Positions 21,612 to 31,987 of a stretch of 56,194 bases of DNA are shown here, in pieces. Every line of letters begins with the position of its first letter. Within the stretch, counting starts at the first letter, position 1. A program made the position numbers and the translations under genes. The notes under the pieces were generated by a model, which was not told the DNA's origin, did no database searches, and saw nothing but the letters and a program-made list of their open reading frames with translations. Origin of the DNA: Campylobacterales bacterium (GTDB taxonomy: Bacteria > Campylobacterota > Campylobacteria > Campylobacterales > Sulfurimonadaceae); contig JBBRBK010000006.1 of the NCBI GenBank assembly GCA_038205935.1, positions 1-56,194 on the forward strand, in the 5' to 3' direction.

Positions 21612-23195
21612 TTAACCTCTCGGGCCAGCTTCTGAGAAATCAAAAGCACTGTCTGCAGTTTGATATTTTTGAAAGTTTTTGATAAACATAGCCGCAAGTT
21701 TCTTCGTTGTAGCATCATAAGCTACTTTATCTTCCCATGCATTACGAGGATTTAAAACACTTGGATTGATTTCGCCAAGAGTTTTTGGAACTTCCAGACC
21801 AAAAATATCAGTTCTGTCAAATTCACACTCATTGATACTCCCATCTAAGATAGCATTGATACAAGCACGAGTATCTTTGATACTCATACGCTTACCAACA
21901 CCATATCCACCGCCACTCCAACCAGTGTTTACAAGATACACATGTACGCCATGTTTATCTATTTTTTCACCAAGAAGTTTCGCATATACTGTCGGATGAA
22001 GAGGTAAAAACGCTTCACCAAAACAAGCACTAAAAGTTGCAACTGGCTCAGTAATACCGCGCTCAGTTCCAGCAACTTTAGCTGTATAACCACTTAAAAA
22101 GTAGTACATTGCCTGTTCTTTAGAAAGTTTACTCACTGGAGGAAGAACACCAAAAGCATCCGCTGTTAAGAAGATAATATTTTGAGCATGTCCACCCATT
22201 AATGAAGGTTCATGGTTTTGGATATGCTCGATTGGGTATGAGACACGTGTGTTTTCAGTTTTTACGCAACTTGCATAATCAACAGCGCCTTCGCAATCAA
22301 ACATAACATTTTCTAAAAGAGCACCTTTTCTGATAGCTCCGAAAATTTCAGGCTCACTTGAAGGGTCTAGGTTAATGACTTTTGCATAACATCCGCCCTC
22401 AAAGTTAAACACACCCTCATCATCCCAGCCATGCTCATCATCACCGATAAGTCGGCGCTGTGGGTCTGTTGAAAGTGTCGTTTTTCCCGTTCCGCTTAGT
22501 CCAAAGAAAAGTGCAGTATCGCCATCTTTGCCTATGTTTGCAGAACAGTGCATAGAGAGTTTTCCCTCTAATGGCAACCAATAGTTCATCATAGAGAAGA
22601 TCCCTTTTTTGAGTTCTCCACCATACCAAGTACCGCCGATAATCGCCATATTTTCTTCAATATTAAAAAGAACAAATACTTCAGAGTTAAGACCATGCTC
22701 TTGCCATTTTTCATTCACCGCTTTACATGCATTAAAAACTGTAAAATCAGATTTAAAAGTTTTTAGATCCTCTTTTGTAGGACGGATAAACATATTTGTC
22801 ACAAAATGAGACTGCCATGCGATCTCTGTTATAAAACGGATAGAACGCTTACTTGCGGGACTTGCACCAGTAAATACGTCAGTGACATAAAGATCTTTGT
22901 GAGAGAGTTGAGATTTGGAAAGTTCGAAGAGTTCATCAAAAATAGCTTTATCGATCTTTTGATTGACATCTCCCCATGCAATATATTTATTTGATGGTTC
23001 TTGATTGACAAAATATTTATCTTTAGGACTGCGGCCTGTAAAAACACCTGTATCTACGGTAGTAGCACCGCTACTTGTCATACTGCATTCACCGTTCTCA
23101 AGTTCGTGTTGAATCAATTCATCAAAACCGAGGTTATGATATATTTTATTGATATTTTTTAGTCCAAGCTGCTCTAAATGTGTAGAATCAATCAT
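21612..23195 (-). CDS. pckA: Phosphoenolpyruvate carboxykinase (ATP)
   Basis: [37 protein letters not shown]. Confidence 0.98.
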   Translation of the reverse strand: MIDSTHLEQLGLKNINKIYHNLGFDELIQHELENGECSMTSSGATTVDTGVFTGRSPKDKYFVNQEPSNKYIAWGDVNQKIDKAIFDELFELSKSQLSHKDLYVTDVFTGASPASKRSIRFITEIAWQSHFVTNMFIRPTKEDLKTFKSDFTVFNACKAVNEKWQEHGLNSEVFVLFNIEENMAIIGGTWYGGELKKGIFSMMNYWLPLEGKLSMHCSANIGKDGDTALFFGLSGTGKTTLSTDPQRRLIGDDEHGWDDEGVFNFEGGCYAKVINLDPSSEPEIFGAIRKGALLENVMFDCEGAVDYASCVKTENTRVSYPIEHIQNHEPSLMGGHAQNIIFLTADAFGVLPPVSKLSKEQAMYYFLSGYTAKVAGTERGITEPVATFSACFGEAFLPLHPTVYAKLLGEKIDKHGVHVYLVNTGWSGGGYGVGKRMSIKDTRACINAILDGSINECEFDRTDIFGLEVPKTLGEINPSVLNPRNAWEDKVAYDATTKKLAAMFIKNFQKYQTADSAFDFSEAGPRG

Positions 23196-23358
23196 ATGTC
23201 ACCTTCATTATTTTTGCAATGTTTATGAAAACATTTTAAGTTTGAAATTATACACTTTCCATACCTAAATTAAAAGTAAAAGAATAAATTTTATAAATAT
23301 TTACAAGAGAAGAAAAGAGAAGGTGTTAAGTTCCTCTAAATAAGCAACTTAACTCTAA

Positions 23359-24516
23359 TTAATGATTACAGAGTTTTATCAACTCCCTCGCGCAAACAAC
23401 TCCGCTGCTAAACGCCCATTGAAAGTTGTATCCGCCGAGTTCTCCTGTCACGTCTGTGACTTCGCCTATGAAGTAGAGTCCATCGACTTTTTTACTCATC
23501 ATACTTTTACCATGTAAGCCTTCTGTTTTCACGCCGCCTCGGCTTACTTCAGCTTTTGTAAAACCAAAATTTCCAGCAGGTGCAAAAGGATATTTTTGGA
23601 TTAATTGAAGATTATCGATATCTTCTTTGGTCAATTTATTGCAGGGTTTATCTTCTACATGTAAGGCGTCAAGCAAAGCTTTTGAGAGACGTTTTGAGAG
23701 ATTCAATACTGAGGAAATATTCTTTTTAGAGTTTTTTATCAGTGCATTGATATCACGTTCTGGTAAAAAGTTTAGAAACATATTTCCTTTTTTCCAGTAA
23801 AGCGAAGCACTTAAAACCGCAGGTCCACTGATGCCACGGTGCGCAAAAAGCATCTCTTCCCGTAGTTTTTTCCCCTCCACTTCTATCTCAACTTCAGCAC
23901 TGATACCACTAAGTTCTTTCATCCAAAACTGATCTTTTTGAAGCGTCAAACCCACAAGTGCAGGAGAAAATTCTGTCACTTCATGTCCAAACTGTTTTGC
24001 GATCTGGATGCCGATATCTGTTGCATTGAGCGTCTTATAACTCACACCGCCAGTTGCTACAACCAACCTCTTTGTTTTATACTCAGATTTTGAAGTTTTT
24101 ACAAAAAACACATCTTCTTCTTTTCTTACATGCAAAAGTGTTTCACCCAAATAATAATGCGTATTTTTTGTCAGGCGACGAAAGATAGAAATAATCTCAT
24201 CACTGCTTATTTGGCAAAAATAGTATCTACTTTTACGGATAACTGGTTTGAGACCATTTTCATGTAAGAACTCTAAAAGTTCCTCTTTTGTAAATGCGTT
24301 AAGCACCGAAGAAACAAAGTTTTCATCGCCAAGGTAGTTATTCTCAGTAACTTCAGTGTTTGTAATGTTGCATTTTCCCCCGCCAGAGATCTTTATCTTC
24401 GCACCGACATTTGCATTGGCATCAATGACACCCACCTTTAGATCCTTACAAGATGCAAGTTCAGCCGCACACATCAACCCACTCGCTCCCGCGCCTAAAA
24501 TCAAGACATCAAACAT
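23359..24516 (-). CDS. HI0933/YhiN (BaiN-like) flavoprotein
   Basis: GAGASG, KIKISGGGKCN, ATGG, GELGGYNFQWAFSSG. Confidence 0.92.
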   Translation of the reverse strand: MFDVLILGAGASGLMCAAELASCKDLKVGVIDANANVGAKIKISGGGKCNITNTEVTENNYLGDENFVSSVLNAFTKEELLEFLHENGLKPVIRKSRYYFCQISSDEIISIFRRLTKNTHYYLGETLLHVRKEEDVFFVKTSKSEYKTKRLVVATGGVSYKTLNATDIGIQIAKQFGHEVTEFSPALVGLTLQKDQFWMKELSGISAEVEIEVEGKKLREEMLFAHRGISGPAVLSASLYWKKGNMFLNFLPERDINALIKNSKKNISSVLNLSKRLSKALLDALHVEDKPCNKLTKEDIDNLQLIQKYPFAPAGNFGFTKAEVSRGGVKTEGLHGKSMMSKKVDGLYFIGEVTDVTGELGGYNFQWAFSSGVVCARELIKLCNH

Positions 24517-24517
24517 T

Positions 24518-25120
24518 TTAGCGCTTTAAAAGTCGAAGAGACAAAAGTCCCGATATTACAGCGACATAGGTGATATCATCCATCGAGATCTCTTTTGCAC
24601 CAAGTAAAAAGTGGATCATCACAAGTACCATACCAAAGTAAAAGAGCTTATGCCACGAAGCAAAACGTTTAAATAAAAACGGTATCGAAGTAAATGCCAT
24701 CATAAAAAAGATTAAAAATGCCGCAAATCCAAACCATAAGAACAGATGTTCTTGCATCGCGCCATAGATTTCATGAGCATCAAAATGGTGTTTAATCCCG
24801 ACAAAAACGCTTACATGTAAGAGCACATAAAAGAATCCAAAAAGCCCGAGCAGTTTTCTCTGTTTTAAAAGATTGATCTTAAAAAGATTGTAAAGAGGCT
24901 TAATTGCAAGGGTGACGATGAACAAATTTAAAGCGGTTTTTGCGCTTACATGTAAGACAAATTTCCAAAAATCTGCAGGAGTTCCGCCGATATCATAAGC
25001 AAAATGCTCACTTACAAAAGTGCTTAAAACACTCGGCCAATGCCAACCAAGCGAAAATGAATATCTAAAGGAGATATAAAATAAAGGCATCAATGCCAAA
25101 AGTGTGATTAGTGTTCTCAT
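24518..25120 (-). CDS. Ferric-reductase-like heme membrane protein (MsrQ/YedZ-like)
   Basis: RKLLGLFGFFYVLLH, AFTS, WHKLFY...IH with conserved His residues. Confidence 0.8.
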   Translation of the reverse strand: MRTLITLLALMPLFYISFRYSFSLGWHWPSVLSTFVSEHFAYDIGGTPADFWKFVLHVSAKTALNLFIVTLAIKPLYNLFKINLLKQRKLLGLFGFFYVLLHVSVFVGIKHHFDAHEIYGAMQEHLFLWFGFAAFLIFFMMAFTSIPFLFKRFASWHKLFYFGMVLVMIHFLLGAKEISMDDITYVAVISGLLSLRLLKR

Positions 25121-25150
25121 GGCGCAATTATAGGATATTATTTCTATAAA

Positions 25151-25924
25151 TCAGCGTTTCATGACCTTTTTTCTATAATGGTTTATCTTCTCATAGTTGA
25201 TCTCTAAAATCAATGCCAACACTAAAACCACTGCAAAAAAAGTAGATGCTCCAATAGTTCCAAGATTGAGTCCGCCATGATCTAGCGGTTTTGTCAGCAA
25301 ATCTCCAAAGGTCGCACCAAAAGGACGAGTAAGTACAAAAGCGAGCCAAAAGAGAAAGATTTTTGATATTTTTGTGTAATAATTTAGAACCACTAAAGTC
25401 AAAAGTACGATGGAAATAAGCGTCGCACTTTGCATAAAACCGATCTCCAAATCATCTGCCAAGAAATCTCCCACCGCCGTTCCAAGCGTGTTTGCAATCA
25501 AAAAAGCGATCCAATAGTAGATTTCTGAAGAGGTCGTGTAAATCTTCTCCACAGAAAGAGTTCCATCTTTTTTATGCCAAAAATACAAAACAAGCCCGAG
25601 CAAAGAGATAAGTATAAGCGAACCAACAGCGTAACCTAACCCAAGCGTTCTATCTATAAAATCCGATATCGCCGTACCAACAATCGCCGTGGCTGTAAAA
25701 GTGAGCCAATACGTCAAAGGTTCATAGCGTTTGAGGATGAGTTTGATCCCTAAAAAGAGTAAAAAAATCGCCATAAAGATAAAAATAGTCGTCGCATATC
25801 CAAGCTCAAATGTCATAGAAAACATATCCGCACCCGTCTCACCCAGCGTCGTAGAAGCAATCTTAATGATCCAATAAAGAATGATAATACGGGGAACGCG
25901 AGTGTCTATCATGTTTTTCGTCAT
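25151..25924 (-). CDS. COG4705 / DUF347-repeat membrane protein
   Basis: KIASTTLGETGAD, NTLGTAVGDFLAD, LTRPFGATFGDLLTKP repeats. Confidence 0.88.
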   Translation of the reverse strand: MTKNMIDTRVPRIIILYWIIKIASTTLGETGADMFSMTFELGYATTIFIFMAIFLLFLGIKLILKRYEPLTYWLTFTATAIVGTAISDFIDRTLGLGYAVGSLILISLLGLVLYFWHKKDGTLSVEKIYTTSSEIYYWIAFLIANTLGTAVGDFLADDLEIGFMQSATLISIVLLTLVVLNYYTKISKIFLFWLAFVLTRPFGATFGDLLTKPLDHGGLNLGTIGASTFFAVVLVLALILEINYEKINHYRKKVMKR

Positions 25925-26103
25925 AAAAATTACCTTTTGATTGATCCAACCGTTTTAGAGCAAGTATATCAATAAAGGAACAACATCTGTACGAATTTGA
26001 CACAATCTTAGAGAAGAAAACCGTTTAAAAGATAATGGTAAGTATTTCTAAAAAGTAAAAAAATCATGAAAAAAGTGAAGATGAAATAAAATTAGTATAC
26101 TGT
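25893..26103 (+). repeat. Degenerate direct repeat, copy 1 (COG4705 5' end plus upstream region)
   Basis: Shares GGAACGCGAGTGTCTATCATGTTTTT, CAACATCTRTACGAATTTGA, AACCGTTTA..AGATAATGGTAA and GTGAAGATGAAAT..ATTAGTAYACTGT with 26720-26858. Confidence 0.9.
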
Positions 26104-26110
26104 AGATTTA

Positions 26111-26401
26111 TTAGGTTCTATCTACCCAATAATCGGGTTTTCTGTGTTGGTGTGCTATTGCTAAAATGAGTATAGCATCGTCTTGAAGGGAATAATAAAT
26201 ATTATATGGAAATTTATGCATGATGCATTTTCGAATTTCTGGTTTTACTTCAACCCATGCAGTTGGAAAAACAGCTATTCGTTTAATGGTAGATTTTACT
26301 TCGCTCTTATATCTATTGCCAAGTCCATGAAGTTGGAGATCATAATATGCAACTGCATCATCTAACTCAGATTTTGCAATCGATAAAAAGTTGATTTGCA
26401 T
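26111..26401 (-). CDS. RelE/ParE-family type II toxin
   Basis: AKSELDDAVAYY, RKCIMHKFPYNIYY, ILAIAHQHRKPDYW. Confidence 0.92.
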   Translation of the reverse strand: MQINFLSIAKSELDDAVAYYDLQLHGLGNRYKSEVKSTIKRIAVFPTAWVEVKPEIRKCIMHKFPYNIYYSLQDDAILILAIAHQHRKPDYWVDRT

Positions 26402-26601
26402 TAATTGAAAGTTTCTTCAAATGGTATTATTTTAGTTTTATCACTTTTATATGAATGAAGTCTTTTTTTGGATTCATCAGCCCATATAGTATCAAGTTCA
26501 CTATCTGGTTTATCTAAACTTTTCAAAAGAGCATCAATAATTAAAAATTTATCTTGAGGATTTAGTTGAAGTGCTTCCTCTATGATTTCGAGATTACTCA
26601 T
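26401..26601 (-). CDS. Addiction-module antitoxin (TIGR02574-like)
   Basis: ALQLNPQDKFLIIDALLKSLD...WADESKKR; 1-nt overlap (TAATG) with the toxin. Confidence 0.9.
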   Translation of the reverse strand: MSNLEIIEEALQLNPQDKFLIIDALLKSLDKPDSELDTIWADESKKRLHSYKSDKTKIIPFEETFN

Positions 26602-26719
26602 AATAATATCTCCTGCTATTCATTTAGAGTATTGTAACTTAAAATCAATAAATCCCTCCACAGCAGACACCTTACTAGCCTCCGCTAACTTCATATACCG
26701 TAGAATCATATTGATCTGA

Positions 26720-26858
26720 GGAACGCGAGTGTCTATCATGTTTTTTGTCGAGGGGCAACATCTATACGAATTTGATATAATTTTAGACAAGACAACCGTT
26801 TATACAGATAATGGTAAATATTTTTAAAAAGTGAAGATGAAATTAATTAGTACACTGT
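26720..26858 (+). repeat. Degenerate direct repeat, copy 2 (internally deleted)
   Basis: See copy 1. The minus strand encodes a decayed MIDTRVPQINMILRYMKLA, versus MIDTRVPRIIILYWIIKIA in the intact gene. Confidence 0.88.
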
Positions 26859-26977
26859 TTCAGGATTTCAGAAAATATCTCTGATTAAGCTGTCCAATCT
26901 CAAAAAGCAGAGGTGGTCAGATACTCTGATATATGCACTCAAAAGAGTCTTCAAGAAGTTTAATGTAGGGAGTATAT

Positions 26978-27648
26978 TTATCGTTTTTTTAAAATATAAA
27001 ATATTTGTGAATTTATTAAAGGGCCTAAAAATTTTATAGGAGAAAATAGTTTTCTATGAATGCTTAATTCAACTTTATCAAAAATATTTTCTAAATCATT
27101 ATAATAAAACCCCATATGACTATGTAAATAACTTTCATTTCCTCTATCAAAATTGATACTTAAAAATGATTTAATTATAGTTTTAAAGCTTGTGTTTGGA
27201 TGCTGTTGATTTAATAATATACGAATAATTTTTTTTAGTAAAGAGCTAAGTCCTTTTTCAATTGGAACGGAGATAATTATAGTGCCATTGTCTTCCAATA
27301 AGTTTATTATGTTTGATAGTTCTTTTTCTTGATTTTCAGGTGTTAAATGCTCTAAAACTTCAAAACAAGTGATTTTATTGAATTTTGTGTTTAAGTTTTC
27401 TAATTTGTTAGTAATCTGAATAGATTTATTATTAATAAAGTTGTTGTGTAATTCTTCATTTTCTAAAGGTTCATATCCTACGATTTTACAATTTTGATTT
27501 CTCTTAATATGTGACCATCACCTGTTCCAAAATCTAATATTTTATCCTCATTTGTAGGTAATATTAAGTCTATGGATAGTTTAAATCTATTCGTATGAGA
27601 AAATATTTTTAAAAATGAGGGATTTCTAAATGTTTGGTTTGAATACAT
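26978..27648 (-). pseudogene. Frameshifted class I SAM-dependent methyltransferase
   Basis: ATG at 27648 gives MYSNQTF...ILDFGTGDGH and then a stop. Another frame continues CKIVGYEP...FNKITCFEVLEHL... into ORF 26978-27298. The 671-nt span is not a multiple of 3. Confidence 0.85.
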
Positions 27649-27721
27649 AATTTACGACCTTTTAAAATATTTTTATTATAGCAAAAAATTTAAAAACCCG
27701 GGGACAGTATACTAATTAATT

Positions 27722-28932
27722 GAACCCTCTGAACAAAGTCATATTCATGGCTCTGTTTTGAAGATTGCTCTTTTTTAATCATTTACTTTCAACTTTTACA
27801 GTTTTGAACTATTTTTTTGTCAAAAAAACCTCCGTTAGCATCACTTTTAGTGTGTTTTTTCTATTTTTCTCTCTCTTATGCGCACCTTTGCATCAGATTT
27901 GGCATTCGCCTTAAATTATAAGCAGCTGCTATTAGAAACACATGTTGGCTATTTTTATGAAGTCCGAGATATCTTGTCTCTGTAAATTTCATAAGTTTTT
28001 TGATAAAAGCAAACGGCAGTTCAACTAGTGCTCTTACTTTTGAGAATCTTGTATTGTTTTTTGATTGTTTAGCTCTTAGTTTAGATTGTCCTCGTACTCT
28101 TCGTTCTGTTATGCCGTTGAAGATACCTTTTTCTCTTAGCTCTCTTTTCCTGCTTTGGGACATATAGCCACTATCAGCAAATACTGCTTTGGTTTCATCT
28201 TTTGTAAGCGTCTCAAACTGTGTAGAGTCATGAGTTTTTGCAGTAGTCGTTATTACATCTTTGATGATACTGTTTGTATCAGTCGCGATATGAATTTTAT
28301 AGCCATGATATTTACGTCCGCGCTTTGACGTGTACGAGGCATCTTCATCATTTGCCTTATTTGAGATAGTTTTACCTGTTTCATCTTTTTTTTTCTTAGG
28401 CTCGCTTGAATGAATGAGTGTTGCATCTACCAATGTGCCCTCATTAAGAATGAGGTTCTTCTCTGTCATACTCTTTTTAACTTCTTGGAAAACAGATTCT
28501 AAAAGATTGTTTTTTATAAGAGCGTTTCTAAATTTACAGATAGTCGTCTCATCAGGAATTGTATCTTCTTCTTTGATATCAAGAAACTTTCTAAAAGAGA
28601 TACGGTCATGGATGAGCTCTTCAGTAAGAGGATCTGATAAACCATACCAGCTTTGTAAAAACAAAGCTCCTATGAGAATCTTTGCGGGGATTGATTGTCG
28701 TCCTTGCTTCCCTTTATTTGGCTTGTAGATACTTTTTTCGATTAACAAGCTCTCAATAGCATTGAATGGTATTAGTTCTTTCATCTCTGAAAGAAACTTT
28801 GTACTTTTTTTACCGCCTTGATATTGCAATGCGTAATCGAAAAAACTTGCCTGCATGGATTTCACCTCTGATATGTAGTTCTTTTATTTTATCAAATTGG
28901 CTCTGAAATCTTGATAATTAATCAGAGGGCTC
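27722..28932 (-). mobile_element. Complete IS5-family insertion sequence (1211 bp)
   Basis: Terminal inverted repeats GAACCCTCTGA / TCAGAGGGCTC (10 of 11 match); 4-bp direct repeat AATT at 27718-27721 and 28933-28936. Confidence 0.92.
27876..28865 (-). CDS. IS5-family DDE transposase
   Basis: GLSDP, IPDETTICKFR, VDATLI, GYKIHIATD, ADSGY, KVRALVELPF. Confidence 0.95.
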   Translation of the reverse strand: MKSMQASFFDYALQYQGGKKSTKFLSEMKELIPFNAIESLLIEKSIYKPNKGKQGRQSIPAKILIGALFLQSWYGLSDPLTEELIHDRISFRKFLDIKEEDTIPDETTICKFRNALIKNNLLESVFQEVKKSMTEKNLILNEGTLVDATLIHSSEPKKKKDETGKTISNKANDEDASYTSKRGRKYHGYKIHIATDTNSIIKDVITTTAKTHDSTQFETLTKDETKAVFADSGYMSQSRKRELREKGIFNGITERRVRGQSKLRAKQSKNNTRFSKVRALVELPFAFIKKLMKFTETRYLGLHKNSQHVFLIAAAYNLRRMPNLMQRCA

Positions 28933-29096
28933 AATTACAACTTGCAATATATTTAACAAAGTAGATTTCATTTTTATGTCCACCCAAACTTACAAAGATT
29001 TAATGATAAATGCAACGCTGAAGTAATTGGATATAATTTCGTCTAATGAAACCATCCGTACAGATGATGGGTAAAATTTTTAAAAAGTGAAAAAAT

Positions 29097-30410
29097 ATGA
29101 GCAAAAAACTACACATCGTCTCTTTGGGATGTACAAAAAATCTTGTCGATACTGAAGTGATGATGGGACGATTACAAAACTATGAACTCACCCAAGATCA
29201 AAGTGACGCGGATGTTATCATCGTCAATACTTGTGGATTTATTGACGCGGCAAAAGAGGAATCAATCAACACGATTTTAAATCTTCATGACGCAAGAAAA
29301 GAGGATTCACTTCTTGTTATGGCGGGATGTTTGAGCGAACGTTATCAGGCTGAACTCGTTCAGGATATGCCAGAAGTTGACCTTTTTACGGGTGTTGGCG
29401 ATTATGAAAGAATCGATGAGCTTTTGGCAAATAAAAAATCTCAGTTTTCAGAACAAGTCTATCTTATCGATGGTGCTGAGCGTATTGTGACGGGTTCTAC
29501 TTACCACGCATACATCAAACTCTCAGAGGGTTGTAACCAAGTATGTAGCTTTTGTGCGATTCCCTCTTTTAAAGGCAAGCTCAATTCACGTTCTCTTGAC
29601 TCAGTTGCAAGAGAAGTTGAAGGTTTAGTGAAAAAAGGGTATTACGATTTTAGCTTTGTTTCTCAAGACAGCTCTTCATACTTACGAGACAAAAAGACCA
29701 TTGACGGACTTTCACTTCTTATCAGCCGTATCGAGCTTATTGAGGGTGTAAAAAGTGCGAGAATCTTGTATCTTTATCCATCTACAACTTCACTTAAACT
29801 GATCCAAAACATTGGAAAATCGAAAATCTTCCACAACTATTTTGATATGCCAATCCAACACATCAACGATGAGATGCTTCGTATGATGAAACGCGGTTTT
29901 GGCAAAGAGAAAACTATCGAACTTTTAAACGCTATGAAGGCGCTTCCAAACTCATTTGTTCGTACGAGCTTCATCGTCGGGCATCCAAATGAAACGCAAG
30001 CAATGTTTGATGAGATGTGTGAATTTGCCGCATCTTTTGGTTTTGATAGAATGAATATCTTTAGTTACTCAGATGAAGAAACAACTCCTGCGTACGATAT
30101 GAGCGACAAGATAGATAAAAAAACTATCGAAAAACGCGCAAAAATCCTTGGGAAAATTGCTTCTGCATGTGAAATCAAAAGTTTAGAATTAGAAGTCGGT
30201 AAAACTGTCGAACTCATTATCGATGGCGAGAGTGAAGAGAGCGAATATTTTCTTAGTGCAAGAAAACTTCTCTGGGCGCCGGATATTGATGGCGAACTTT
30301 ATGTTAATGATAGAGAACTTGACGCAGAGCTTGAGTTTGGTAAAATCTATAGTGCGACTATCACTTCACTCGCTGGCACAAAACTTTTATGTACTGTGAA
30401 CAATGCTTAA
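29097..30410 (+). CDS. rimO: Ribosomal protein S12 methylthiotransferase
   Basis: SLGCTKNLVDTE, NTCGFI, CNQVCSFC, APDIDG. Confidence 0.96.
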   Translation: MSKKLHIVSLGCTKNLVDTEVMMGRLQNYELTQDQSDADVIIVNTCGFIDAAKEESINTILNLHDARKEDSLLVMAGCLSERYQAELVQDMPEVDLFTGVGDYERIDELLANKKSQFSEQVYLIDGAERIVTGSTYHAYIKLSEGCNQVCSFCAIPSFKGKLNSRSLDSVAREVEGLVKKGYYDFSFVSQDSSSYLRDKKTIDGLSLLISRIELIEGVKSARILYLYPSTTSLKLIQNIGKSKIFHNYFDMPIQHINDEMLRMMKRGFGKEKTIELLNAMKALPNSFVRTSFIVGHPNETQAMFDEMCEFAASFGFDRMNIFSYSDEETTPAYDMSDKIDKKTIEKRAKILGKIASACEIKSLELEVGKTVELIIDGESEESEYFLSARKLLWAPDIDGELYVNDRELDAELEFGKIYSATITSLAGTKLLCTVNNA

Positions 30411-31389
30411 TCTTGAAGATATTGCCCTTTTAAAAAGTTCCAAAAACCTTCTTGCCTTTTCAGGCGGGGCGGATTCTACCGCTTTATTTTTCCTCTTGCT
30501 AAAAAATGAGATCCCTTTTGATATCGCCATTGTTGATTATGCTGTGCGCGAGCAAAGCAAGGCAGAGGTTTCTTATGCACAAGAATTGGCGCTTACATGT
30601 AAGAAGAATTGCTATCTTTTTGAAGCGGATGAAATAGCTACAAACTTTGAAGCAAATGCTCGAAAGATTCGCTATGATTTTTTTGAAGAACTTATCCTTA
30701 ATTTTGGATATGAACACTTGTTAACTGCCCATCATCTTGGCGACCGACTTGAGTGGTTTTTTATGCAACTATGCAAAGGTGCGGGTTGTGCAGAACTCAA
30801 CTCTCTCTCAAAAATGACGCAAAAAGATGGCTACAAACTTTTACGTCCACTCTTACATGTAAGTAAATCTGAGCTTATTGATTACCTCAAAATGAATGAT
30901 AAAAGATGGTTTGAAGATGAGACAAATCAGGATATTAATATTAAAAGAAATGAGTTTCGTCACTTGCATGTAACGCCTCTTTTAGAAAAATATAAAGAGG
31001 GAATCAAAAAAAGTTTTCAGTATATGGATGAAGATAATGAAACGCTTATTGAAGATATAGAGCTTATGCATGTAAAAGAATTCTACAGCTTTAAAAAAAC
31101 AAAAAACGATAAAAATGACCTCTACCATATAGACAAAATATTGAAACGTCTAGGGGTTATGATAAGTTCTAAAGTAAGAGATGAAATACAAGAGAATGAT
31201 GAGTGTGTCGTGTCAAGAAAGTTTGTTGTTGCCAAGACGGAGACGCAAATTTTCATAGCGCCCTATCTTTTGGATGTTAGCATGGATAAAGAATTCAAAG
31301 AGAAGTGCAGATTTTTAAAGATTCCCGCAAAACTGCGCCCTTATCTTTTTTTAAATCAAGAACTTTTAGAAGAGATCATTCTTCTGTAA
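30403..31389 (+). CDS. tilS: tRNA(Ile)-lysidine synthase
   Basis: AFSGGADS, EANARKIRY, TAHHLGD, RPLL, EDETN. Confidence 0.95.
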   Translation: MLNLEDIALLKSSKNLLAFSGGADSTALFFLLLKNEIPFDIAIVDYAVREQSKAEVSYAQELALTCKKNCYLFEADEIATNFEANARKIRYDFFEELILNFGYEHLLTAHHLGDRLEWFFMQLCKGAGCAELNSLSKMTQKDGYKLLRPLLHVSKSELIDYLKMNDKRWFEDETNQDINIKRNEFRHLHVTPLLEKYKEGIKKSFQYMDEDNETLIEDIELMHVKEFYSFKKTKNDKNDLYHIDKILKRLGVMISSKVRDEIQENDECVVSRKFVVAKTETQIFIAPYLLDVSMDKEFKEKCRFLKIPAKLRPYLFLNQELLEEIILL

Positions 31390-31987
31390 GATTTACGTCT
31401 ACTTTTAGGGGCGCTGGTACAGATAAATTCTCTTTTTTTACCTTCACAGTACTTTCATTGATATCATCATTAAGGTTATAAACACGCATCGTAAAAGATG
31501 AAACGATAAACTCTCCCTCTTTTTGAAAATGGATAGGAAAGTTGACGCCTATGATCCAGTTTGCCTTATTTAAACTATCTAAAAAGTTATAAAAAACGAC
31601 AGGTGAATCTATCTTGGACGTCGCATTCACTTCATAAAGATCAAATGGCGTTTGTCTATCAACTTTTGTGAGTTTTGAAAGTGTTAGATTTTGAAAATAT
31701 TTTTTATTTTCTGCTATAAATTTAGCTTGGTTAAAATTGTTAGCAAAAGCATTCACGACATTTTTATGTTTTTCCTGAAGAGACTTTAGCTGACCATGCG
31801 TATCATCATTGAGCTGTTCAAACTGACTAAGTTCAGCCGCATGTTTGTTAGTCTCATTACGTGCAAGTCTGTATTCCTGACCTGATGGAATCAAAACAAA
31901 AAATGCAAATAAAAATACAAAAATAAGTAAAAATATCGTGATAGACAGCAGATATACACTTTGACGGGACATTTTCATAGATTTCAT
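31376..31987 (-). CDS. PilO-like bitopic membrane protein (putative flagellar cage component)
   Basis: N-terminal TM, coiled coil, ferredoxin-like tail (FYNFLDSLNK). Third gene of a trio downstream of miaB-DUF374. Confidence 0.55.
   Translation of the reverse strand: MKSMKMSRQSVYLLSITIFLLIFVFLFAFFVLIPSGQEYRLARNETNKHAAELSQFEQLNDDTHGQLKSLQEKHKNVVNAFANNFNQAKFIAENKKYFQNLTLSKLTKVDRQTPFDLYEVNATSKIDSPVVFYNFLDSLNKANWIIGVNFPIHFQKEGEFIVSSFTMRVYNLNDDINESTVKVKKENLSVPAPLKVDVNLTEE

Noticed and set aside
25893..27721. Integron attC cassette array
   Set aside because: I found no convincing RYYYAAC...GTTRRRY paired ends, and there is no IntI nearby. The 33.5-kb recombinase lacks the IntI-specific insertion.
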